Below are positions 1 through 11,550 of a stretch of DNA of 64,000 nt, one piece after another. Each line of letters starts with the position of its first letter. Position 1 is the first letter of the stretch. Position numbers and translations under genes: made by a program. This stretch comes from Cystobasidiomycetes sp. EMM_F5 (taxonomy: Eukaryota): NCBI GenBank assembly GCA_051047955.1, contig JBPGPT010000022.1:62001-126000 (forward strand). Reading direction: 5' to 3'. The notes under the pieces are model-generated. The model was given only the letters and a program-made list of their open reading frames with translations, ran no database searches and was not told the DNA's origin.

Positions 1-36
1 GTTCGTACACCCAATCCTACAGTTACATTCTGACAG

Positions 37-1440
37 AACAGCACAACCGGAAAATCGCAGTCATCATGAACGAGTTTGGTGATTCCGCCGACATTGAATG
101 TATGCATGAAGGGACATGGTTTATTTTCTATGGCTCTAGCTGATGGTCGCGCTTCGTGTTTTAGCCAAATCGCTATCCATATCTGACCCAGACAGGGAGC
201 AAGGCCTGTACGAGGAGATGCTCGAGCTAAATGTACGCTATTTTTGTTATGCCTGATAATAGCAACTAATGGATTATCTCGTCTAGAACGGGTGTATTTG
301 CTGCACTGTCAAAGACTCTGGAGTGAAGGCTATCGAGACGCTGATGCAACGTCGGCGAAAAGAAATTCGTCGGAGTAGACTGTCCTCCAAAGGACGCTCT
401 TCACCTACCAGTTCATCTACGACTCTAGACAAGGGAAAAGGAAAGGCTGTGTTTGATTACATACTGCTCGAAACGACAGGATTGGCGGATCCTCTGCCCG
501 TCGCTCAAATGTTCTGGCAGGACGAAGCGCTCGCAAGTGAGATTTACCTCGACGCAATAGTCTGTGTGTATGTCTGAGGATTGAACGAGCAATCTTAGGT
601 CGAGCTAGCTGACTATTCGTTATGCTTAGCGTCGATGCCGTCTATGCCCTCAAGCAACTCAGGCAGGATTATCCAGAGCGTGATGCGTTCACACAGTGAG
701 GTTCGGTTGGACGAATACATGCTGAACTGATTTAGATTGCTTTGCAGGCAAATAGCTTCTGCGGATGTCATCTTGCTCAACAAGATTGATCTGGTGGACT
801 CTTCACAGCGAGATGCTACCCGAGAGGCCATAAGGTGAGAAGTGCACACTAGTAGGGTCAATCAGGGTATCAGTATCTAATAAGGCTCGCCCACTTCAGC
901 GCAATCAACGCTACTGCCCCCATACATTTCACGGTCAAGGGTGCTATAGATTTGCAGCGGATCCTTAACATTAATGCGTACGGGGCGGATGCTCGTATCT
1001 ATGGCACATCTCCCGGTCTATCGCGCCTGCTCGAGACTGAAGTGCGCAGTTCGAACGAGTGCCCTCATCATCCGCACGAACATACCCATGATCCGGCGCA
1101 TACTGGAATCTCGACGAGGTCTGTCGGTATACCTGTAATACTCAGTGCGACACAGAGGAGACAACTCGAGTCGTCTGTGCAAAGGTTGCTGTGGGATAGC
1201 TCGACCGGACTGGACATTCTCCGCACCAAGGGTGTCTTTTATGGGAAAGAGGAGGGGGATGACGAGAGTGTCTACGAGTACACCATACAAGGAGTGAGGG
1301 AGATTTACGAGGTCAAGCGGATGGGCAGAGTGAGACAAGTCAGCCATGACACGTCTGCCGCTCCGAATCCTCCTTCTGGCCGGCTCGTATTTATCGGGCG
1401 GCGGCTGGACTTGGTGCGGGATGACTGGACATCTCTGTAG
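37..1440 (+). CDS. ZNG1: CobW/COG0523 G3E-family zinc metallochaperone GTPase (Zng1-like), multi-exon, 5' end lies outside the window
   Basis: Spliced exons give [20 protein letters not shown] (CxCC metal motif), [13 protein letters not shown] (Walker B), LLNKIDLV (NKxD), a His-rich linker [12 protein letters not shown] and a CobW_C-like ILRTKG...IQGVREIYE...RLVFIGR. Confidence 0.88.
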
Positions 1441-2013
1441 AATGCGAGTCTGTGTATCGAATAGTCTGTGTTGCAATGCAATCCTACAGAGCGTTACCCT
1501 GCTATGCCTACTTGTAATGTGCATGTTCGATCATCACTCAACTTCGCCGACTCCGCCACTCCAACTTGATCCACGCTCGCTCTCTCTCTCTTCAAGCAAA
1601 AGCTCAAGTCTTTCGTGGCAGCTTCCCACAGCTTTCGGCAGTCTTTCAATATCACGACACTCAGTGCTCCATACGATACCCCCCACCTTCGTTTTCCTCG
1701 CTTCCTCGCCGCCGCCCTTTTGAATACGGCCCTCCGCTCGCTCGGAGGTTGTGCGAAACTTGCAAGACAAAAGCCCAAAGGAAAGTGATTATCGAGCTTT
1801 GGATTGGTATTGGAGGCTTTGGAGGGTGGACGAGGTGGGCAGCCTCTTATGATCTCCCGACGGGCTTACCTCGCTTGCACAGCTGACGGTCGTGCGTTGG
1901 TCACTTCTGACACCCAGCCAGCCAAACCGTCGACGATACACGACAGGACTTGCGTGGACTGACTTGAAGGGACAGTCCCGCTCTCCTCTTCTTCCAACTC
2001 CTCACATCTCTCG

Positions 2014-3918
2014 ATGATGGCCTCAAACCATCGTCCGGAAATTGTGGCTGCAGCTGAATGGCTCGCATCGCACATTCCCCAGTCTGCGTCGAGGCAGACG
2101 TTTACCGACAGTCTCATTGACCAGCTCACAGCACGCTGCAAGGACCACTGGCATACAGACGACCCAGAACGAGCGAGTGCGCTGCGATGCCTCACTCGGT
2201 CGGGCACCGCCGTCTGCAACCTCGACAGTCTAGTCATGCGCGCTCTCTCGGCAGCGGGCTACAATTCAACACATGCAGCAGCGTACATGGCCAGCTCCAT
2301 GCAGGCAGAGACGTGGACACTGTGGATTGACCCCGGTTGCGTAGCATTCCGGTCGCACGATGCCGCCAGTCTAGGTGGCAACGCAAGCGCCAACGCAGCA
2401 AGTGGAGGTGTCTTCTTTGATACTGGAGTCTCAACAACGTCAAAGCCTGGTCCCCTCTCCGGCATCAAGGAAATTTGGGGTCAGCTGCCAGCCTCACTCG
2501 TTGCTGCCCATGATACGCCACTCCTGCAACACCGGACTCGGACACCCTCAAACCCTGCCGCCGACGCCGCAAGCGACGACAACGATACCTACTCCATCTC
2601 TGCTGCGCTCCAGGCCGAGTTTGCCGACCTCATTGTCAATGCCAGTCCGTCCAAGCGAAGCAAGGCTATTGCCATTGTTCGACCGCCGACAGCAGCATCG
2701 ACTTCATCTTCCTCCTCGTCACACTCGCGCTCTACGACTGTCGCATCGGATGTAGGCACCATTTCTGCAATGACTGCTCCTGCAGCAACACCCCCAAGAC
2801 CACCACTCCCACCTCTTGCATTTACGATTCAAGAATCTACGTCGCCTTACGTACCGTCGTTTACATCGATGATGGCTTCTGCCAGCTCTGCGACAACTCC
2901 AACGCCCCTGGCGCCGTCTCCATCCCCACTGTCAGTCGTCTACACCCTTCCAGAGTGTATCGACTCGCCCGACATGTCTTCACCGTCGCTCAATGAATAC
3001 AATGTCAACGACCCATTCATGAGACCCTCCTCACGTTCGTCCACCGGATCAGTAGAGTCTTCGTCGTCTGTCGAATCGATGGTCACTTCATCTTCTGCAT
3101 CTTCGTCATCTGCTGCTCGGTCTGCCGAATCGTGTTCCGTCTTCTCCCATGCGTCTTCCGAGTCTCATTCCTCTGTTGGTTCTCTCGAATCGCCTGGAAG
3201 CGATGGTGGCATAAGCTACGGACCGGCCTCCCTGATGGGCATGGTTGCGAAAGCTACTCACGGTGAAGCTGAACAAGCCAAAGCGTGGACTTTTCCAGGA
3301 TCCGGCTTGGTAGCCCCTTCTTCCATTGCTACCAATGGCGTATTCAAGTGTCCTCCATCGCCAGCCAAGCAACGCCGCTCTGGACACTCTGCCTCTGTTT
3401 CGCACGTCTCTCGACACGGTCACACGCTGTCCACTTCTTCGGCTACATCGGTCCTTTCGTCTGGTAACACCGATAGCAAGCATGGCAGGACAAAGTCTTC
3501 GCAGTCCAACATTCGTGTTGCGGCGACCGCAGGAACTGTTCAGGACTATTCAAACGGCAAAGTCGGTGTCCTTGGCGGCGGCGTACTGTTGGGATCCGCA
3601 GGTTCCTCCAGCTCGTCTGGCGATGCGGCAGATCGACGTGACAGACGAGGACGAGGCAACTCGTCAGGACACAGCAAGACGCTGTCGACGAGCTCCAACT
3701 TGTCCAATGGCTCTGCTGCTCCTTCTAGTTCGAACGATGCCACCACTCGCCCAAAGAGCAGATCTCGCAATCCGTCACTGCACTCTGCGAATGGGGCCTC
3801 ACAGTCTTGGTATCCCCAAACCCATCAGTATCATGGTCAGTACCACAATCAGCACTTTAATGCGCCCTCTATGCCTCCTATGCCAAACCATCAGCATTGG
3901 GCTACATATCAGCAGTGA
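2014..3918 (+). CDS. BTG/Tob (anti-proliferative) domain protein with long Ser/Pro-rich disordered tail, single exon, 634 aa
   Basis: N-terminal EIVAAAEWL...FTDSLIDQLTARCKDHWHTDDPERASALRCL resembles BTG box A (HW-P-P-GS-YRCI). WTLWIDPGCVAFR resembles box B (LTLWVDP-EVSYR). Confidence 0.75.
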   Translation: MMASNHRPEIVAAAEWLASHIPQSASRQTFTDSLIDQLTARCKDHWHTDDPERASALRCLTRSGTAVCNLDSLVMRALSAAGYNSTHAAAYMASSMQAETWTLWIDPGCVAFRSHDAASLGGNASANAASGGVFFDTGVSTTSKPGPLSGIKEIWGQLPASLVAAHDTPLLQHRTRTPSNPAADAASDDNDTYSISAALQAEFADLIVNASPSKRSKAIAIVRPPTAASTSSSSSSHSRSTTVASDVGTISAMTAPAATPPRPPLPPLAFTIQESTSPYVPSFTSMMASASSATTPTPLAPSPSPLSVVYTLPECIDSPDMSSPSLNEYNVNDPFMRPSSRSSTGSVESSSSVESMVTSSSASSSSAARSAESCSVFSHASSESHSSVGSLESPGSDGGISYGPASLMGMVAKATHGEAEQAKAWTFPGSGLVAPSSIATNGVFKCPPSPAKQRRSGHSASVSHVSRHGHTLSTSSATSVLSSGNTDSKHGRTKSSQSNIRVAATAGTVQDYSNGKVGVLGGGVLLGSAGSSSSSGDAADRRDRRGRGNSSGHSKTLSTSSNLSNGSAAPSSSNDATTRPKSRSRNPSLHSANGASQSWYPQTHQYHGQYHNQHFNAPSMPPMPNHQHWATYQQ

Positions 3919-4601
3919 AGTGCAAGCGCATTTACGACATCAAGACATGCCCACTTTCATGGATGTCATTGATGCTATCAAACGACAGTCTGAGACGATA
4001 AAAAAATCCTTCAGTGATTCTTTTTCACGACATTCGCACGGATTCAGTCTCGAGCGGTTCAGTAGTAACGACAACCAGCAGCAATCATACACGTCGACTC
4101 ACTTGGCGGACAACACTTTCTCATATTTCACGTATATGTGTAACACCACCTTTGACGACTTTCGACATATTCTTGGCCCATCCAGCCCCACAAATCTGTC
4201 TTGACCAAAATACATGAAATTTCCTCTTTCCAAACGAAACGACTCTGGCTTTCTCTGGGCTGTGACCTTGTTGTGTTGATGTGCTTTTGGACATGTCGCA
4301 TTGTTTCGATTTACGATATCTCTGTCGTTTTACTAGCTTACAACGCTGTTGTGCTCAATCGTAGCCTGAATTGACTAAGAAACATCAACCTTTTCGTTCT
4401 ACACAGCGGCAATCTCATAAATCCAATGGGTTCCGTGCCAATTGGCTTTGCTTGTTGATTGCTCTTGGTTGTTGATCTAGACATTGCTTGCCACCATCGC
4501 GCGCGTCATAACTTTTTGCGATGTATGTCATTTCGACTTTGAAGTAAGTTGCTTTGCTTTTGACTTGGACTTCCATCCAAGATATCACATAACAAGATAG
4601 C

Positions 4602-5470
4602 ATGTCGGCGAGTCGACCGTCGTTCGTAAAGACGTTGCTGGATCGGCCACTTCCTGAACTGCGGCCGCCAAAGCTGAGCGAGAGCAACAATCCGCCGTGG
4701 TCAAAGGAAGTCAGAGCTGCAATTGCGGATGGAGCATATCATCCATTGTTGGAGAGCGCAGTGAGGCCGACTCTGCAGCTAAAAAGAAAGGTTGCATTGC
4801 CTGATGTGTCGACTGATATCCCCGAAACAGCTACATCTGATGAACGATGACCTGTTTTCTGCACACTTTCTGCTCCGCAAGATGCAAGAAGATGAATGGG
4901 GTCGGTCTGCTTGACAAGCATAACACTATCGCACAATCTTCAGAGCACTGAGTTGGACCTGATACAGGAAAATGGCTACACGCTTGTTTGCATCTCGCTG
5001 GTGCGTTTCGCTTGCAACCAGGCAACTATAGCACTGAACTCGTCTTCCCAATAACACAGAAGGAGATCTCGAAAAGAATGCCAAGCTATGGTATGACCAG
5101 ATTGAACCGTCTGTATTGTCCCATTTCTGGGGCAAGCAAGACCCCGTCAAGCACGCCCAAGACGCTATGCGAAAATGCCAGCAGGTCATGTATCACCAAA
5201 AGCCTGGAGACAAGGACGGAAGTTTGCTGCATGAATGCCGGGAGACGCGGTGGAAGGAATTGGTTGCGATCTTCCAGTACCTCGAGCAGAAGCATGGCTG
5301 GGATCGCGTGGAGGGGACAACTGCATACACTCGTGATGAGGATCCAGGTCACAAGAGTAATGTATTGGGGTAAGTCGATTCGCTCTGTGTGAGCTAAATG
5401 AGCTCATGTATGGGTCTTTACATTTCTCCACGGGTCAAGAGAGGGGTGGAGAAAGTTTGAAAGGGAGTAA
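4602..5470 (+). CDS. Conserved uncharacterised protein (LHLxNDDL..AH / HAxLH..EGD...NAKxWY family), about 5 exons
   Basis: GT-AG splicing joins HPLLESA | LHLMNDDLFSAHFLLRKMQEDEWG | KWLHACLHLA | EGDLEKNAKLWYDQ...NVLG | EGWRKFERE*. The last exon is less certain. Confidence 0.7.
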
Positions 5471-5608
5471 ACATGGCTGTACGAGTAATTGCAGTGTCTT
5501 CAGCAACCTCAAAAATGCTCCAAGCTTCAAAATGTCCACCGTATTTAGCTTACCATTAGCATTCTTGTCCATTGGCCGTCTTATGCGTTGCCTTGTTACA
5601 ATCCAAAC

Positions 5609-6513
5609 ATGTCGCTGCCCATATTTGCTGCCCGCACTGCGTCTGCCTTACCATGTACATGTCGTATGTTCCAAAGCAATGCTTCAGCTGTCCGCCCAGT
5701 CGCGGCGCTGTATCCAAGATATCGGCCATTGATGACGAGCAGTCAGTCAAAGAATCCAGAAATTAACGAAGAGAAGTAAAAGCCAATGATGAGAGTGTTC
5801 AGGTCATAAATCAGCTTCCACATCGTCCACCGTTGAGTCCAGTGCGGTCTTGCGAGCGAGACAGCAAGCTCGTCGAGCCAATACAACCCTGCCGGCAATC
5901 AAGGTGTGCATCTTGAAAGCTGCAATCAAGCATTCATAGTGACAAGTATCTTCCAGGATCAAAGGCTCAAGTATCTCGCTGTAGCTAGTCTCGCAGTCGG
6001 CGCTTGGACATGCTTTGTACTCTGGGCAATGAGCGCCGAAAAGGCTTCAAGCTCTGGTGAGTTCTGTTCGCCCTCATTGTGAATGCAGTAGCTGAAAATC
6101 GCACTGTGATGCATCTTACAAGTCGTTCGCACAATTGCTTTCCAATTGCGCACGTCTCCTACCGTGCGAGATGCGATTGGCGAAGGTGTTCGGCCAAAAG
6201 CCTTGTTTTTCAGTCACGAAGCTTGGATACATGGCAAGGTCAACACTCTCAAGGGAGTAGTTGACATACACTTCCGTGTCATCTCCGACAGCGGCAGTGA
6301 GTGTCCTGCAAAATGTGTAAATGCGATAGGTTGACGATCTGTTCCTACTGGTTCTGCACAGAGCAAGGTACTGTCTATTTCAAGTCTATTCGTCCCCATC
6401 CGCATGCCCGCTTCGAGACGACGCTTTTCCAGCTCCTTGTTGACGGGAATCCCACACCTGTGGATCTATCTAGCGAGGACGTGCTGTTGACCGAATTACC
6501 GGCAGCTGCGTAA
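5609..6513 (+). CDS. COA1: Cytochrome c oxidase assembly factor Coa1-like, multi-exon
   Basis: The spliced product has an Arg/Ser-rich presequence-like N-terminus and one TM (YLAVASLAVGAWTCFVLWA). It continues EKASSSVVRTIAFQLRTSPTVRDAIGE...WIHGKVNTLKGVVDIHFRV...QGTVYFKSIRPHPHARF, matching the fungal Coa1 pattern. The start exon is less certain. Confidence 0.78.
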
Positions 6514-6694
6514 GGTAACGGTCTCTCACATCGATGACTAAAACGAGGTGGGATTATGTGTACAATCATCCACTTATATCTTCTCTACTACATCGAACTA
6601 CACTGCACTCTATAGATACATTTTGTGTTCTACCTAACTTCCTATCGTTGTCGCTGAAGTCTACACAGCATCAAGAAATTGCGAAAGGATTGGT

Positions 6695-9600
6695 CTAGAG
6701 AGTATTGACCGCATTCGATGTGGTAGCTTCGGTGGGGTGTACGGTGACATTATCGTAATGCGATGGGAAGGACGTTTCATATGCACTTTCCCCTTCAATG
6801 ATCTTTCGAAGTCGAGAGATGATTGCCGTCGGAAAGGCGCGATCGACTGCCTGCTGTAGGAGAGCTTCCGCCTTGCCCTTTTCACCGATCGTGACCTCGC
6901 AGCGAATCATGGTCTCGTAAGTGGACGGCTCGCGGTACACTGGTTGATCCGCTTCAGTATTTGGCAGATCCATGGCGTGGTTGCCGCTCGCAGCAACACC
7001 GCTGACAGGGTCGGACATTCCGTTAAAGATATCGCGAGCTGCTTCAATCTCGCCAATGGCAGCATGGGACCTGATGAGAGTATTGTTCACGTCTAAACGT
7101 TCGGCAAATGAATCAATCAGCAAGCTGTATATAGCAGGCATAAGCGAGGCTGCACTCACAAGCTGTAGGTCGGACGAAGTGGGCCTTCATGCGTTGCGTA
7201 TACTGCGCGACGAGGTCGCTTCGACTATGTGTCAAGAATACATTCAACAAGGCTTCATAGCATATAACGTCGGGCATGTTCGTGTCGGAATCCGCTGTGG
7301 ACGAGTGTCCTTCGATTGACTCGAATATTTCGATTGCCTTGTCTAATTGACCTGCACTGTTGCCGTAGGCGTTGATAACAGCCGCCCAATGGCTGCCCGC
7401 TACCTTGATGCCAGAGCTAAGCATTTGATTGAAGACGTCGTCGACCGAAGCTAAATCTACCGGCTGAATGCTGCCATAAGCATCAAGCAAGACCTTGTAA
7501 GTATGAGAGGTCGGCGACACCTGAGCGCTCAAAAGACGATCAAAGTAGGCCAGAGCCTTCTCCCTGTCCGGCTTGGTCGAGACATAAAACTGAATCATCG
7601 TATTGAAGGGAGCTACGCGCGCTTTGTAGCCACGAGATTCGGCCATCTCGTTGAAATAGTTGGTCGCCATGGCCTCATCGCCAGTCCTACAGCATGCGGC
7701 GATGATTGCACCATACGTAACAGCCGTAGGTGAGATTTTAGCGGCCTTCATTTCGTCGAACAGTGAGAGTGCAGCTTGTGCACGGCGAGCCTTCGATAAC
7801 TTGGAAATGACAACGTTGTAGAGGAATTGGCTTGGAACGACACCGAAACGGCGCGACTCTTCAAATAGCTCGACCGCGACTGTAGCATCGTCAGTAGTAT
7901 CGTGAGCTGCATTGATCATTGCCGCGTAGGCGTCAGCCGATGGGGCTGCACCAGCCTTGAGCAGTCGGTCGCGGTGATACGCCACACCAGTCAAGTTTCC
8001 AGCGTTTGCCATTGCGATAATCATACGGTCTTCCAGGTAAGTCCAGGCGGCTGTCCGTAGCGTCTCGGTATTCAAGGCGTACAGATTTTTCGAAGCCATG
8101 TGATAAATGTCCTGAACCACAGAACTGCCACCGTCCTGACGGGCAAGCCGATCAATTAAGCGACCCAGGGTCTCCGGATTGCACAGGACAGAATTTTTGC
8201 GGAATTCTTGTTGCACGATATCGTAAATACCCTTCGCTGGTGTATTTGCCCGCAAAAGGCTGTCCATCTTCGCAGAAAACTTCCAATCCACCATCAATCC
8301 TGTGTGGTCCATGGCGGGAACGTTTGACTCGTCTAAGGGAATAGTAGGCTTCACCTGAAGACGCCGCGTCCGCTCTGCGACATCGTCAAAAGCTGCGCTG
8401 AGCGCTTCGGACGAAAGGGAAGGCGTTGCGGAAGTCGCGCTTATACCGCTGTTGACTTCTGAAGGTGGTGCGGGTGGTGCAAGAATTTCTTGCAACCGCA
8501 CGGGGCCATTGACCAGCCTCGATCGCAGACCTTTGAGGATTGCGACTTGGCGACCGAAGGCTCGCGCTAAGCCGTATTCGGTAATCGCTTTCTGCAGTGT
8601 GATAAAAGTCTTATTGAAGTCGGCTTGGAATCGAGACGCGCAAGCTTTGAGAATAGTATTGAACGTATCGGACAGCATCGGTAGGCTTGGTAGATCATCC
8701 GGAACAGGTTGAGCATGTATCCGGGCAGCCCAGCGCACTGCGGCATCTATATCACCACTCTCCGCGAAGCCTTGAATAAGCATGAGCAGTGTTACGGCTG
8801 TCGGCTTGGCATCTTCCGAAGTCGACTCCATCATACTCTCCAACATCTTGATGGCCTCGACAGCTTGACCTTGAAGAAGACGACCATACATGATATGGTC
8901 ACGTATGTCAATCTTGCGATTGCGTTGTTGAAAAGCGACAATACGCGGGCTGACTGTCGACAAATCAGCATCTGCCATAGCCTCGCCTTCATTCTCTGCT
9001 TCGTTTGCTTGGGCATCGTCAGAAGCGGCCTCTTCTTCAGCAGAGACGGCCTCTAAGTTCGGCTTTGCCACAGGCAATTCAAGTCGCTTCATACCCGCGT
9101 CACAGACTGCATCAAATGCTGTCCAGTCGCCAATCTTGGCATACACGTCCAGAAGTGCCGACACTTGGGCTAAACCGTCAGCATTGTTATGCCAGCCGGC
9201 TGTGTCTAGTCGCGAGAAGACGGTCAGAGCAGCATCGGCATTACCCCGGCGAGAGGCTGAGGCAAGCAAGCTCAGCAGTGCCGCTCTGAATCCCGGATTA
9301 GGGACAAATGAGATTGGTATCGTTGCGAGAATTTCCATCGCCTTGTTGAAAGTCTGCTCGGCCTGATCGTTGGAAATACCCAGCATCGCCTCCAGATTGT
9401 CATCGATCGATTTATCGTTCGTGGGATTCATTTCGATACTTGCGGGTGCTGCTGCATCGTCCGTGACGGGCTGGGCATCAACATTGGAGCTTGCTATTCG
9501 ACTTGCGTTACGAAGGAGTTCCAGTGAAGACACCCGTGACATATTCTCGCCGCAACATCTGGCAAGAAAGCGCACAGCGTGGAAGGTTAGAGTATTGGAA

Positions 9601-10981
9601 TGAAGTCCGAGCCCGAATCGCCCAAAATCGTCATAGACCTCGACAAAATCCTTGGCGTGAACACCGCGACTTGAAAGATCCGATGTCGCGTGAAAGAACA
9701 GGACTTGTCTGTCATATGTATGTGCCGACGCGTCCGACTTGTAATTTTGGTATAGAGTACGCAATCTTTCATACGCTTCCTGTCTGTTTGCAAGATAGTC
9801 CTGTCGAGCGAAATCCCGAATCTCCTTGATATCTTGCGACCATTTATCCAGAGCCTCTTCGGCTGTGACTGATTTGGCTGCAGAGGCATTGGGCTCCGCT
9901 ACGATACTATGTGGAGCTTCCGTCGTGCTTGTCGAATGCCGCCGTACGCGCACAACCTTTGGTCGAGTGAAGGTATGGAATGAATTGGATCGATGTAGTG
10001 GCAGAGAGGCTCTTTGAGCAGGGAGGACGGATGACGAGACGGGGGGTGCCTTGTCTTCTGTAGGTACTTGATTAATCTGAGGTGAGGGAGCGGCTGTTAT
10101 CAGTAATCGAGGCGGTTGTTGTGAATAAAATCGGGCGGCGTGCGCGCGTGGAAGTGCTGTTTGCGATATACTAGTAGAAACATGCAATGGCAGTGAATTC
10201 GTGAAGGCATGTCGATATCTGGCTTGAAGCTCGGACTGAGTGAAGGAGTATGGAGATGACCGTGCGAGGGTCGGTGTGAACGGATCAGACGAGGCCAGTG
10301 CATGCGCCTCCGTTGATCGACTCGGAGACATATCCACTGACGCAGGGGCCTTCTCTTGCTGCCGCGACAAAGCGAGCGGGACCTGTTGCTGCTTTTGTGG
10401 GAGTGTGCCATATTTTGGAATCTCGACGATACTGCTACTTCTCGTTCGCCGTAACAACGGGAGGGACGCATTGCGAAGGGTAGATCGGGATGGACCGGCC
10501 GACGGGACATCTTCTTCATCGTCAAGTGTTCTTGCTGCCGTAGGTTCAGCTAGTGAAGGATCCGCTGAGGAAGTCGTCGTTCCTCGAGAATAGGCCTGTT
10601 TTGATTAAGATCAGCCAAATTTCGCTTCTTTGCAGTTAGACCCACATGATAGCCATAACTCCTCCCGGCATGCCACTTTGCACCACCTGTTCCGCTCGCA
10701 GAATTTCCAGCATTCCCTAGCGAGCTGGCCGTAGCATTTGAATCAAAGAATGTACCCGACGAGCCCGACGGACTGTGACCGTTTCCTGCAGCGGAAGCGG
10801 AGGCGGACGATGGGCCGGGACCAGCTGTAGCGTTACCAGAGCTACTGCTACCACCGATACTGTTGATGTTGTTCTGGGCATTGCTGCCGATATTCAGATT
10901 CAAGGCATTGCGTAAAGAGTGCGGTAATTGCCCGAGTTTGGCTTGAAACGGCGCAAAGGCATGGCCTGCCTTGTGCAGCAT
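6695..10981 (-). CDS. Large pentatricopeptide-repeat (PPR) protein, probably mitochondrial, 3 exons, about 1400 aa
   Basis: Tandem 35-aa PPR units (PSADAYAAMINA, PSQFLYNVVISKLSKA, PTAVTYGAIIAACCRTG, APFNTMIQFY, PTSHTYKVLLDAYG, PDVICYEALLNVF). ORFs 10550-10981, 7113-10457 and 6695-7159 join through GT-AG introns. Confidence 0.9.
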
Positions 10982-11550
10982 CGCCTATGCCACGCCCGCA
11001 GGCTGCTCCAAAGACCCAACCAGCTCTGAGCTGTTCAGATCTAGATTCCGGTTTCGAAATTTATGACCGCCGGGGTTTCAGGCTGCGAAATGGGTGCAGG
11101 TAATTGGTTTGCAGAGTTTGCAGTGTGGTTGCAGTGCAGTAATACTCAGTTGTGTGCAGTATTCAGGTGTTGCAGCGAGTCCAAGAAGTTCACAGACTTG
11201 GACTAGTAAATAAATGACGGCCGGATGGAATCGGACTCGACAGCCGACAGCCGAAGGGCAACGCAAGCAGGCATAAAGCAGCGAACAAAGATCAAGAAAT
11301 ACGATGGCATTATTGACGAGCATTGCGTACGAGTTACACTGGGCGTAACGGACCTTCTACTGGTACATCTGACGGGCTTGTCCTTTTCGTAGCCGATGAT
11401 GGAGGGACCTGGTTGCACAGGGTATGGCCTTCTTCTTTCTTCTCAATCTTGTTCGGCTGGCTTTGTAGCCATCTTCACAGCTAGATTCAGTAATCTGCGC
11501 CGTTGCCAAGCAGGCCCGTCTGCCACGTCCTGGTCTGACTCACTTCTAAA

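Noticed and set aside
3326..4204. 292-aa alternative-frame ORF overlapping the BTG gene
   Set aside because: Shadow of a Ser-rich coding frame running into the 3' UTR, with no recognisable motif.
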